DNA of 64,000 bases. Source: Tubiluchus corallicola (taxonomy: Eukaryota > Animalia > Priapulida). Location of the stretch: contig JAQGDQ010000357.1 of the NCBI GenBank assembly GCA_030141605.1, forward strand, positions 62,001-126,000. Reading direction: 5' to 3'. Shown piece after piece: positions 38,916-52,070 of the stretch. Each line of letters begins with the position of its first letter. Within the stretch, counting starts at the first letter, position 1. A program made the translations under genes and the position numbers. Below the pieces are notes generated by a model, which ran no database searches, had not been told where the DNA came from, and was given only the letters and a program-made list of their open reading frames with translations.

Positions 38916-40404
38916 CTACTTCGCGGGGCAGTTTGCGCATGCGCAGTTGTCACACTTGCAAGGGGTCTCGCAACACTTGCTGTCTGGATTGCAGCAACTG
39001 CATGGATTGCAGTTGCATGGATCACATTTGCAGTTGCATGTGCATTTGCCATCTGATGTGCACTTGCATTTGTCACCGCACTTGCAGGAAGGGCCACACT
39101 TGCAGTTTGCTGAAACAGGGAAAATAAAGTAATTAAATGAAGTCAGGATGATTTTTCATATACCACCCCACTTTCAAGCCCGTAAGAAATTATATCATTT
39201 TTTTCACAATTAGTACTTCAAAAGCGCTTCTGATAATTAAATAATGGATTAAAAACTTAATTAATGGCAGTCGAGCCCATCTATTGATGACATCACAAAC
39301 TAGCATAATTTTCCAATAGCAAAAATATTCCGTGAGCATGGTGTCTGCAAAAGCGAAAATTGATGTACAGTGCTACTGTGTAAGATATTCAGTGTATTGC
39401 ACTAAAACTAGGCAAGTTTTAAGAAAAAAATTCAATTTCAAATTTACCACTTTCACAAACTAACACATGTGAACTGAGAGCTACAGCACCTGTTTTTGTG
39501 CAATGCGTTTTCGAAATGCAGGCTGTAGTGCCCGTCTAACTAGCGAATGGCGAAATTCATGTTACAGCGAAGAACTAGTGGATGAATGTGAAACCGTGTT
39601 GTGTGGTAATAATTCTTTCACATAAGTCACTTTTTAAAAAATAGTATGTTTCTTTTCAATGATTTTAAAGAGCAGATTTTCTAGACCTACAGTTTTAGAT
39701 TGTGTCCGGTTTTGCTTTAAATTTTAAACATGTTTAATGCTTAATAACTCACTTTGACTAATCTATTATTTAAAAAGTAGGCAAAATTATTACACTCAGT
39801 AAAAATTAAAGGTAGGTCATAGGCTTGACTGATTATTCTAATACAAAAACAAGGAAAATTCTCAGAAAATATAATGCTCAAACGCCTGCCTCAGCATTGT
39901 GCAGTTCGTAGAGTGCTGTCTGCCTTTAATCACATAATAATGGGAAATTTGAATTGTGGGAAAACTTCGCCTCTAGTGCGAGTTGATCCCGTTTTCTTGC
40001 ACTACAGGTAGGCTGTAACTATGGTAACTATTTCACCACAAAATAATATTTCAAATTGAAAGTTGAGAAATTTATTAGCGTACGAAATGAGCAGAAAAAT
40101 TCTAATTAACGAGTTTAGGACTATAGCAAAAATTGAGTGATAAAAAGAGTGTTTTATGTAGCGACATAAATTTAAAAGTGATCTAATCCACAAAGGTCAT
40201 TTTCTTTTTGAAAACTTTCGCTTCTAAAATATGCAGTACATATACGTATGAATTTAATTGTGTAAAGCAGGATAGCCTATGGCTTGTAACTACAAAAATA
40301 ATAATGTATTATAATTGAAATGTAGATTTATAACAACACTTTACTTATAAAGTGCTCAGTTTAAGCTACGGTTATACGAACTACTCACCTGGTTTTGTGT
40401 CCAT
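38916..40404 (-). CDS. MT: Metallothionein, 69 aa, 22 Cys, two exons
   Basis: Exon 1 40404-40389 (ATGGACACAAAACCAG|gtgagt); exon 2 39109-38916. Product MDTKPANCKCGPSCKCGDKCKCTSDGKCTCNCKCDPCNCNPCSCCNPDSKCCETPCKCDNCACANCPAK*. No aromatic residues; AATAAA at 38822-38817; MREs upstream. Confidence 0.93.
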
Positions 40405-40515
40405 TTTCTGTAGAATTTGCTTCGAAACCTCGACGTGTTCAATGACGCCACTAGCTGTTCAACGCTCTAAGTATGGCAATTAAGGCAAAACTGGCAAGTT
40501 GTTTATGCCTTTCCC

Positions 40516-40754
40516 TTTTATACTGGCTGGCAAGATGCAAAATCTGCTGTGTGTGCCGTGTGCAAAATAAATGCACGTCGTGCGCAGAATCAATAGCAAA
40601 GTTTTGCCATAATTATCAGGCTGCCGGTCAAATCAGGCAAAATGTTTGGTTTTGCGTGCCGTGTGCAAAACAAACTCGTGGCACAATCAACGCTAAAAGT
40701 TGCCATATCATGCCGACTTGCCGAGCAAACCAATTCGTTTGTGCATCGTGCGCA
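40516..40754 (-). promoter_or_regulatory. Metallothionein promoter: TATA box and four metal response elements
   Basis: TATAAAA at 40522-40516; TGCRCNC at 40564-40558, 40586-40580, 40667-40661 and 40754-40748; two extend to TGCACACGGC, matching the MTF-1 consensus flank. Confidence 0.88.
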
Positions 40755-42412
40755 AAATTATTGCCATGCGAAACGAGTGGTTGACCTACTTGCCATAGGC
40801 AGCTGGCAATGTGCCAGCTTACTGCGTTGCGTTTTGTTTTCAAAAACTACATTTACGCATAGAAAAGCAAATAGAAAGATAGTAAGTACGCTGTTTCAGA
40901 AAGTAAAATATCAATGTATATGAGACTCTAAACAAAAGCATATTAAGTATGTAAACGTGCCTTGGGTTTAGTGAAAAATAAATCTTAAAGAAATACATGG
41001 CTGTTGCGTTGCTGATCTTATTTATTTGCAAAATATGCTTAATCACCCAATGCAAACGTCATATTGCCTAATTAAAATGATATACCTAACAGATTAATAG
41101 ACCAATGCAATATATTATATGGGCCTAATTACCTGTAAAATAACTTTAGTAACTCAAAGTTTAATGGGCAATGCACAACAGAATGGTCACGATAATGCTA
41201 ATTAGTGGCCAAAGTTAAACAACACTGAGTCTTTGAATGGGTGAACGGTTCAGTCCTCACACTGAGCTGTTTTTCGACATACTAATTCTGGCCGTTTACC
41301 TCTTACAGGAAGGACGTATTGACATCCAAACATTGGCAAAGACACCTCTGCTAGTTCAGTGGCTCACCATAGAGGACAATTTTTCATAATGACGTAGGTT
41401 CCAGACCGTCTTAAATTTGCACGGAGTAGGCTCTCTCACCAAGAACTGGGATTCCAAATTGCAGAGAAAAAGGGTGATACAGAAGTGGTCTGCTGGTGCC
41501 ATCTGATAGTGCAGAATGTAACAAAATTTCTGACAAAAAGCAACAAAGCAACATATACATATAAAGTAACGAATCAACAAAACAAATTTTTCTTGCAGCA
41601 GCAGAAACGTCTGGTCACGATCACGTAACATAATAGGGACATGTAAAGTTCGTGTATCTTACAATACCAGATGAGTCAGAGCAGTAAACAGATAAGCAAC
41701 CTGAAATGTAACTCGTAAACATATCAGAATTAATGTCGTCACGTTTTCGCGCCACGTGGTGCTTTTTCACGCAACGACCAATGAAGAAGTTACAACATTA
41801 ACATAAATGGCTAGTTGCTGTGAGCTAGTAGAAGAATAAGAAAAAGAATAGAAAAACAGGTCGCGGTCATGGATAAACGTTAAGCAACACCAGACCTGAA
41901 TGGCTAATGGAAGAGAGATGGGGCGGTTCATGGATCTATCGTACTGCCATGTCATTATCCAGCATGCATTCTGTTAAACGAGGGTCTATGTACTTTCAAA
42001 CATTTTGTTTTCTTGTTTTGTTTTACTCACTTAGTGAGTATAAGTGTAATTGTATGTGTGTTCTTTTTTGTTTTGGCTTAGCGAACTAAACAAATTAAGA
42101 AATATAAAATTATAGATATTATTTTGCTGTTTATTTGTCTTTGTTTTTTTCTGTCACCATTAAATAAATAACATTAAGTATCACAGATTTAGTACTAGGT
42201 GCAATTCATTTTTGTTAGGTATAACTATTTTATACAGAACATGTCGAAATTCTGTTTTTGGAACTGTTAAACATTAATATATACAAGAAATTGAGTCTTG
42301 TGTTTCTTATGCATTTTGTTTCGCTACCTGTTACTCCAAAAGGGCTGTAAATTTTGTTATCTCCTGTGTAGCCCACCGCGTACCTGAGTAAGTAATTTAG
42401 ATCAAGGCATAT

Positions 42413-42960
42413 CTTTTAAGTACAATAATACCTTTTCCAATGCTTTGTCAAAAGAATAAAGGGTCCTGTAGGTAGAAATTATTAATAGATGACGCATTTA
42501 GGTTTAGGTTAAAAAAAGCGATTCCGATTTTTACCACTCTATGTCCAATCTCCAGAGAAGTGGCTCTCAGCCTATAAATGTGTTGTAGCATAATTAATGA
42601 ACACTTACACTCGTGAGTTCGAAGTGTCCTTTGATGCATGATTGAAAAACTCACCTTCATTGAGTTTCACCAAAGTTGTTATTTTGTAACAGCTATCAGA
42701 AGTTTTGTGTCATCACTGCTCAAAACTTGAAACAGTACTCGAATCAAGGCCAATAACTACTTAAGTACAACTTGTATGTCTTACTGAGAACGTGACTTAA
42801 GTAGACGAGATATAAATACTCACGAGTATCTTGCACTTTACGCTTTCTTATATGCGAGGTCATGTCACGAGTGGTGAAGAGAATGTTGGAAATCACAGTC
42901 ATTTCTATAGCAACGTTGATGTCACACCTCAGCAAACACGTCACAGATTGATGGTCGCGT
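42413..42960 (+). repeat. Uninterrupted copy of a repeat whose second copy (49543-51570) is split by insertions
   Basis: Colinear matches to ~49543-49784, ~50189-50370 and ~51323-51570. Confidence 0.8.
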
Positions 42961-44454
42961 ACACCAATGTTATGTTTGCAAAAATGACGTTTTTAGTACT
43001 GTTCTTGAGACTTGTTGATAAAATAATTGGCGTCTGCTCTCGAGGTGCCTAAACCATCAACAAAAATATCTAGCTATCGCAGTCTAAAGTAAGACAAGAC
43101 CCGGGAAAGACGAAAGATACATCCGACCTCGTTGACGGTCTGTGGTCATACCCGCATGAAATTTTACATCAACTTGTCAAGAAAGCTTCAATATCAGTCC
43201 AGGAGTTTTACTTGGACCATAGGAGCATATCGATCTCAACTCACCAGTGAAATTTTATTCACAAAAGTTTAATTCACTGTAACACGTTACCTTACAAGAC
43301 AATGAGGGCTTTTAAAGATATGTTGGACAGCAGACTCAACTGGCTGAAGCGATAATTCACAGGGTTTCAGACTGCTAAATAAATAAGTTATCTCTTTTAA
43401 TAAAAGTATCATATGTGACCGAATTATTAAACAGATTACAAATGCTGTTTATACTCCTCAACAAGTTTCATTGTGTGTTAGTTCCTCGTCCTCATTAACA
43501 TGATCATCAATACACCTCACAACACACACAATGGGTTCATTAATTATGCCGCAAGTAAGAAAGTCATCTGAGCAATTAGTCCCCTTAGCACTTTTTTAAC
43601 ATCAAAATTATTTGAATTAACACAGGACGTAAAGATGGCAAATAATTTTTCTTAAATGCTAATGAGACTTAATCTCAATATTGTCGTAATTATTTGTTCT
43701 TGTAGACAATAAATGTTTATACCATTCTTACAAAAAAACAAAAGTAGCAACTGGACAAATTTTTGTTATAAAAGAAACAGTCATTAATCGTAGTAAAACA
43801 ACGGTAGTAGTAGTTTACATTAGTAGAAACATTAGTAGAAAAAGCATTAGTAGAAAAACGCAGAAGAAAAAACATCCAGTGACATTCTTACTTACATATA
43901 TGTTTAGTAAGCCATGTAGTTTTCTGAAAGCCATTGTTCAGAAAGTCAATTTGATTTAGACGAATGCAGACTAATGTGGTCAAACACTGATAATTTGTGC
44001 TTCGGACTAAATTTGTTATTTTTGTTATTAAACTAAAATTAATCCAGAAGTTGGTGTTTACTTATTTTTTATAACTTAACTAAATTAACAATTAATTGCT
44101 AAGAATAATTAGTTTACTGATCAAATTTATTAAAAGCATCTAGGATGTAGTTGGGGCTGCCGCCTTGTCAGTAATACATCTCAGCAAAACAGCATCGAAT
44201 TACAGAAATTATTAGAATAAAATTAATAGCAAATATTTATTAATTTAATTTCAAACGTCGTCGTATAAATTGCGATCGGACCAGCCGAATGCCTCTCGTT
44301 TTGTTTTCGCGGACACGTAGGTGAAAATGACGCATAATTATTTCTTTAACACAAATGGAGTAGCACTCAGTATAGAAAGCAGTCCTCAGCCAAAACTGTA
44401 CAATCCTGAACATGTTCATCTGATTCATCTGATAGAAAAATCACAAAAGAAGGT

Positions 44455-44460
<6 letters not shown>

Positions 44461-44514
<54 letters not shown>
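44461..44514. repeat. (CA)n microsatellite
   Basis: Directly visible. Confidence 0.97.
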
Positions 44515-44516
<2 letters not shown>

Positions 44517-47500
44517 CTTAGACACATACAAACATAAAATAAATTCACAAAAATTACGCATAGAAATATCTATACATTATGCACAGAAGCGAAATAATGT
44601 CCAAAACTTTTTATTCATATGACATTGGTCGTTGCAAAAATAGTTGCTGAATTTATGGATGAACCTTTTACATTGCAGGATATAGCCATGATAAAGAAGG
44701 CGTAGTAACACAGTCCACTACATGTCATCACAACTAATTGTGACTAATGACTAAAGCTGCATTAGTCTACAAAGTCTAATATGATTTCCGTAATACTAAT
44801 ATCCCATTTAACTTACATCTCTATCAAAAACTTATTCTTCCATTTTTTTGTAGCGCTACTAAACGACCTTATTATTTTATATTGTTTTGTGCCTTTAAGT
44901 ATTGATTGCCTGCTGATATTTTTGAGTAGAAATCGGTTTAACCCTTGACAACGTGACAGTGGTAATAAACTGACAAATGTACTATATTTACGTAATTGAA
45001 GCAGCTTATATCTATAATTATAAGGCTCCATTTAAGGGCAGTAGAGCGTTACACAGTTTTCCTAGCGAGAATTGCTCAAAATGGAATCTAGAGGTAACTC
45101 GTTGTCATTCGCCCTGGTGGAAGTGTTTACAAAAATGAATTATCTTATCTTGTAGCAATTTAAAACCCCTCTTTCCAAAAAAACTACAAAATTATTTCCG
45201 AGACCTGAATGAAGTGCTTCACGAAACAAAAATTATGTAAAAACACCTTTTTTTACAAATTTCTCACTGAAACATAAACCCAACAAGCATTGAAAACATA
45301 TAACCACTTTGGTAGAGGAGAAAATAATTAAAATAATTTTCCTTAACGGTAGTCTTGGCCATAAACTTTTTTTCCTAAGTATTCCTCATTTCCTTCTGTT
45401 TTTCCTCAGTTTGTCTTTTTACCTGTGTCAGTATTACCGTACTCAGCAAACTTTGGCTGTGCACGTTCACGTATACTGCACCACATTGGCCCATGATGAG
45501 ATAGGCCTAAATAAATAAGTAACAAATAAATTACTGAGCAGTTAGTGTAGTCAGTTGTTTAACCTATTTTTATTACCATACATCATAATAGTTTTTTTAC
45601 AGCAATAATATATGCAGTTCATTCCCAAGTCAAATATGGTTAGCATTTCTAAAGTCAACGTTCTGAAGTGACGTCTTGGATTATCAAGAAAGCACGTTGT
45701 ATTGCAATTTACTCAGGCAAGCGCACCTTGGGTTGTAGCGTCCATATTGTTGATAGACCGAAGTCCTGTAACAATAATTCATTTGAATTAATAAAATTTA
45801 TTTAATATAATTAATCAAAAACGATTGCTAATTTTCTAATGGTTTTAAACGTAAGCAATATTACCACCATTATGAAAGCAAATTGGTAAAACGAACAGGT
45901 TCATTGGTATCGCACCGTGCACTTTGGATTTTATGCAGCACTAACTGTGTGATAATAGAGGTCCTTGGTCAGAGCTAAATTGTGTATTTTCACATTATTT
46001 TTTGCTTTGATAGAATGTTTTGGAGGCATAACGAAAGCACAAGGTGAAGAATTGTCGATCATATTTAATTGGTCATCTCATAGCTTGTTCTTTTCTCACG
46101 GATAGCACTGTTCGTTTTGCATTAAAAATGATGGCGGAGATTAACCTTGTATTGCCATTTGCCATCTAGGTTAAAGTTGGCAGGAAATCACCTTTTACTT
46201 TATTTCTTTGACGAGACTGGCTTGCAGAATTGCAAGGTTGATTAGGTCGTCAGCTTCTTTTTGTTCTAGGCATCTGGCCCCTGCTCGATTCTCGTTTGAC
46301 TGGAATCTTTGTCTGTGTGAAGTCTGGTCAATCAGAGGCCTGGTCTGTCTGAACTCTGATCTGTCAGAAGTCTAATATTTTGCATAAGATTTTCATTGGA
46401 GATTTGTTTAAGCAATTAAGGACGACCAAGAAAAAATTGAATTCCGATTCCAATTCAAAATTTCTTGCATTTACAAACCTAGGTGGTGGCATTTCCCCCC
46501 TCGGTGTACAAAGATATCCATCAAGTAGAAACACAGCGAAACCAGTCTTCTGACAAGTCAGACCTTATTTGTTTATATGTTTATTAGAAAAAAACACCAT
46601 TACAATTACATATTCAGATATATGATATGCAATTATGCAAACCGAAAATAAAATTACTACAATTGCTTATCAAGTGAGCAATCAATTAGTGAACAAATGA
46701 TGTAACTGCTTGCAGCTGAGCTAAAAGGTAGAACTTGGAAACCCAATTGCTATGCTTGGTGTGTTGTTAGGTGTTAGGGGCAGGATAAAAGAGATGTGCA
46801 ATGAAAAGAGATGACATGGCGGTAAAATTAGGGTGTAAGTCAGTAATGTAAGAAGAGAAGAAAAAGCTAAAAATTGTAAAAAAATAAAAAATATATGAGG
46901 TGATAATGATGAAATGCAATGAAATGGCTATACAATGATAAGTCATATATGTACACAGACGGACTGTGAGTGGCAACCAACGTGGTGAACACAATATGGA
47001 AAGAAAAGTTGAAGACCAAACCCAGACCTCAGATAGACCAGATCTCAGGAAGCCTATGCAGTATTAGAAATTCACGTAAAAATTAAATAAACCGTGCATA
47101 AGCGGAAAAAGACCTGGCACTAAAATAAATTTGGCTCTTTACCTCTTTGGTGGAGGATTCACTGAAAATTCGAACGTGACTGAGATAACTCTGTCAGTGT
47201 CTCATCTCAGAGGAATATTCTTGATGATGATCAAGATTCTGGTCACACCGCGAACATCAACGTTGAGTAAGCCCTTCTACTGGATGTTAACTTCCGGCTC
47301 AAATGTACTGATTTAAATAAAAAGACACATCCAGCATTAACATAATTATCCCCACTATCATTTTTGTCATCACTCTCTTCCTTTTCTGTTCCTTTTCTCC
47401 TCCTCCTCCTGCTTCTCCTCCTCCTCATCTCACCATCATCATCACCATCTTCATCATTATCATCACCACGAACAGTATAATCAGTGAGTAAAAATTGATC

Positions 47501-47540
47501 AAGGCTATTGATCTAAAATGGTTTGTACCCGTAATCATTT

Positions 47541-47728
47541 CTATATAATCGAGCACATAAATGCTCCTCTCTTCATTTTCTTTTTTCCAGACTTTCTAGG
47601 CATTTTTGCAGGCTTTCCTATAGGCCTCTTTGGTCTAACCCGACGGCGGCCAGAACGTCTTGACGATCTTCGGCGTTTCGGACGTCTAGCCCGCGATTTA
47701 CTCTTGAGGGGGCTACGAGATCGTGCAC
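47541..47728 (-). CDS. Terminal exon encoding a protamine-like R/K/S-rich peptide ending in CaaX (CSII), copy 2
   Basis: Acceptor ttttgtag, phase 1: (G)ARSRSPLKSKSRARRPKRRRSSRRSGRRRVRPKRPIGKPAKMPRKSGKKKMKRGAFMCSII*; 28 of 62 residues R/K, none acidic. Upstream exon not found. Confidence 0.75.
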
Positions 47729-47999
47729 CTACAAAATGCAAGAAATAAAAAAATGATTCTTGAAAATCTACAAAAGCAATCAGCAACACATAAAAAGCCT
47801 AGTATGTCAATGCCATAAATTCAGACAATGCTCTCTAACTGTGGCAGTGCAGTTACATTTGATTAAAAACAGAAAGAGTCGATGCCTGCTGCTAGGAGTT
47901 AGAACTTAATTGGGGATATCAGTAGAGTACTGTCTGCACAGTGTAGAACATACCTTACTTATCACTGATATGTACTATTATGTACTGTAGTACTGGGAA

Positions 48000-48165
<166 letters not shown>

Positions 48166-49784
48166 TAGACCTAGTAGGTACCTTGAACGGGAACAATACG
48201 CTACAGTACAACATCGTGCAAAAAACATATATTTAAATTAGAGTAGTGTAAATACTTTGAAGAAGTCATAAGGATGACAATTAAAAGTTGGGTACTTATT
48301 TATTTATTTAAAATCTTTATTTATAAATGTATATACAAACCCCTCTATTTGCAGGGGGAAGACGTTATGACAAATACTGCGTACACAAAACTGCAAATTA
48401 ATATGACATAAAAATATCAGATAGAATCATGCGAAGTTTTAAAGCATTTAAAATCAGAGATAAAAACTACTTTTGTAAAAAAAGTTCACATTCCTAAAAC
48501 ATTTTCCGAAATGAGAAATACTGATAACAGATTGTACATACACAAATTTATAGATAAATTTAACAAAACAAAATCATTTCGGATGACATTTATTACTAAT
48601 TATACAAATTCGCGAAAATGCTCAAGAGCAAGAGCATTTGTTGAATCACAATGACCTGCACTTAAAATAATATTAAAAACCACATAAGTAGATAACAATA
48701 ATCACAATTTTGAAAATTTAAAGTTGGCTAGTCCGAGTTCAGTGACGCAAAATCTACATTCGTGACCTGTCACTTTAATTTCACAATCTTTGTACACAAA
48801 TGTAAGCCTATAGAGCCTTAACAGTAATCCGTGTTCACACAGAAAGCAGACACAACTCATATCCTGTGCTGATAGTCTTGGTAGCACATTGGTGAATGAT
48901 GACCATGGTCAAACGGTCAAGGACACCGGTCATGATAAGGGCTCAGGGACGGTGTGATTAATATGCTGGTATTGTTTAAGTGCTTAAGATAGGAACCCAA
49001 ATCTGAATAAATTGTTCAGTAAAACATGAGTAAAACACACTGGACCAGGCATAATCAAGTAATAAATATGGTATATGGATCTGGATTCATTCATTCTTGT
49101 TATTAATAACGTGGCTGTAAATGCAAAAGTAGTTCGATGCAATTTGGAGTTACTTGACTTCAACAGAGAATTTAGTTGCATTACACGTAAGCCACTCTGT
49201 AAAATTACTTTCTTTATGAAGTTAGTGAAATTAACTTCTTCAGCATTGATCCATTCACATGGGTCAAACGAAGTGAAACGGATGTGGATTAACTAGCAAT
49301 TTGAGCTCAAATTATCAAGCTGACTTTGAGATCATCCAGAAAAAGGAGTTAAAAACCTTCATCAATGGTTCGTGCTTTTCAGGAACAATAGGAAAAGCGA
49401 ATGTCTTGAACTGTCTAGCTTGTCGAACATTTAGCTATGCTATGAGGCTTGGGAACAGTGTAGTGAGAACCCTTCCCAAAACACGTGACGTAAGTATGAC
49501 CTCACTCATGTGTTCAAGGCATCATGTAACTTATATAATTGTCTCTTAAGTACACTAATACTTTTTCCAATGTTTTGCCAAAGAATAAAGGACCTTGATG
49601 GTAGACGAGATTTTCAGAACTTGATGGTACTATTTTAAATGATCATAAATCTAAAGCTTGTTTCAAAATGTCAATTGATAAAGCCTTCAAATCGCAGATA
49701 TAAAGTCATATCGAGACGGCTTTTAACTACCCTCTATCCAGAAAAGTGGCTTTCAGCCTCTGAAGTGTATTGAAGCATGATTAA

Positions 49785-50188
49785 CCCTTAACCGACCAAA
49801 ATTGGGTAAGAAATTACCCCCGGGGTGTTTGCTCGCATTTTTTATCTTGATGCACACAACGAAAATTTTCCAATTTTCGATTTGTTATGCAACCATACAT
49901 TGCTTTTGTCGAAAAGTATTATTCAAGCTTTTTTACAAAGCACGAGTGTCAGATAATGTCTGACGTTTGGCAACTTATTACCTCCCTGGTCTTTTATGTA
50001 GGCAAAATTTTGGAATTTACTTCGCAGTATTTAACTTTCTGGCAGCACCATGTGTTTACTTTTAAAAATGAGAAGTGCTACAAACCTCCAGCCTACAGTC
50101 TGCATAGAGATTTTTCTGTCGATCTGTTGAGAAAATTTCACTAAACTTTTGTATTAAACTAATATAAAACCCTTTCATCGGGTAAGGG
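49785..50188. mobile_element. piggyBac-type MITE (404 bp)
   Basis: TTAA|CCCTTAACCGA...TCGGGTAAGGG|TTAA; a single TTAA at the empty paralogous site 42594-42597. Confidence 0.92.
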
Positions 50189-51049
50189 TTAACGAACACC
50201 TACACTCATGAGCTCGGAGTGTCCTTGAAGAACTTGGCTTCATCGACTTTTCACCAAATTTGTTGTTTAACAGCAGCTGACAAAAGTTTCATGCCTTTGC
50301 TCAAAACTTGAAAAAGTGCTTGAATTAAGACCAACACCCATATAAGTGTATCTTACATGTCCTACTAAGTCATATACTTGTTTGCAAAGTCTAAGAGACC
50401 TAACCATAACACGGTTATTGACGGTCTCTCCTCAACAATTTCCGAAATAGAGGCACATTTGATGGACCCACTATTTCACTATTAAGTGAATTCCAAGGGC
50501 CCACAACACGAGAAGAACCGAAGTTGGCACTGACATTAGTGCGAGAACATTGTACACGTAAATCACGAAAAGGTCTAAAAAAAATTTGTCTCTACGCAAA
50601 ATAGAACTATCATTAATGAGTAATGACTTTATACAGTTAATAAGATTTATAGTATCAGGGTGTTGTTTAACAAAAGAGTCAGGTTGATGGTCAGAGCCTA
50701 GACTAATACACAGGTCTCCAAGAGCCCAGACTAATACACATGTCTCCATTGAGTTCTTTCTAAAACACTTTTAAGAGTAACATACTTGTGATGACCAAAC
50801 GACGCACGCCATAAGTAATTTCTAATTTTAAATCTCCTTCAGAACTATGCCGTGAGATTGATAGCTGGGTACTCATACAAATGTAAGACAAGTGGACAAA
50901 AATTCAAAGCTTCAATCCCTAACTTGAGAAAAACTTTAAAATTTCCAATCAATGTAGCATACAAAGAATATTTCACTCTGCTTTATATTTAAATACATTA
51001 ACAACACCAGCACACCATTTCAAATTAATAGATTTTGCTTTTTTCCAAA

Positions 51050-51310
51050 TCCTAGGTCCGCTTGTAAGATCTTTTGATCAGAGGAATTTCTATTTGGATA
51101 TAATAAGATTTTATATCACCAACGAACAGTAATATATATGTGTGTCACAGGATACACAACCAGTAACAAAATTGATAAAAATAGGAAAACAATAAGGTCC
51201 CGGTCCCGACGGGTCTCTTGAGGAATGCCACTGGTTACATTTCTCCAGGAAGTGGTTATACTAATAATTAATTAACACTACTATTTGACGTCTGTTTAAT
51301 ATAATCGAGA
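51050..51310 (-). mobile_element. Degenerate CR1/L2-type LINE reverse transcriptase fragment
   Basis: NRRQIV...SWRNVTSGIPQE...GP(L)LF...IN...LLFVGD corresponds to SGVPQG...LLF...YADD; frameshifted; probably extends down to ~50372. Confidence 0.7.
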
Positions 51311-51599
51311 TACTATAATGATGAGATATAAATACTTACGAGTATCTTGGGCCGCCATCCTGATCAAAACAGTACACTAAAGCCGGTGTTCTTTGGCCTT
51401 TGGCTGCTCCCAGAGTGACTCGAACGATTCAGTAATGACTTTACGCTTTCTTACATCCGTGGACTAGTATGGGGAAAGAATCCAGTGAAATACAATCGTT
51501 TCCATAACGACGTTAATGTCGCGTATCAACAAACGTGTCACGGACTTATCGTCATAAAGGTATGACGGTTACGCCAATAATCTTTGGTGCTTCCATTAT

Positions 51600-52070
51600 G
51601 TAGCATAGTACCACTAATAATTTTGATGCTATGCCACCCTCACCTGCTTCCACATGCCAAGTGTTCACGTTATTTAGTAGAGTATTAATAAGTCTTTCTT
51701 TAGAATACGAATATCTTAATATGTGATCAGCTGTCCTTTTGGTTTCTTCCCAGGTATTAGTGCTTGATATAATGCTGTAGTAAGTGGAGAATCCTGTGGT
51801 AATCTAACGACATGTCAATTGTCCAAGCCATCTAAACCGACACTCTTCTGTATCACTTCATTTTATTCCTTCTTCTTTGTTGAACTATAAAGATCCTGGT
51901 TTGAGATTTTATTTGGCCATTTTATACCCAACAACTTTCTGCATAGGCGTTTTTGGAAGGCATTGATTTCATTCTTGTGCGCAACTTTGATCATCCACAA
52001 TTCAGAATTATACAAGAAAACAGGTTCTACAAGTGATTACAGAATATGTAGTTTAATTTCTGTGTTGAGA
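51600..52070 (-). mobile_element. Degenerate RTE-clade LINE 3' fragment
   Basis: IKLHIL*SLVEPVFLYNSELW...INAFQKRLCRKLLGIKWPNKISNQDLY...RFRWLG...PGKKPKG: typical RTE post-RT region with stops. Confidence 0.85.

Noticed and set aside
38848-39132. Three ORF-track peptides over the MT exon
   Set aside because: They are antisense or off-frame shadows of the real Cys-rich frame.
46000-46420. Possible DIRS/Ngaro gag CCCH-like relic on the minus strand
   Set aside because: It needs several assumed substitutions and frameshifts; too degenerate to call without a search.
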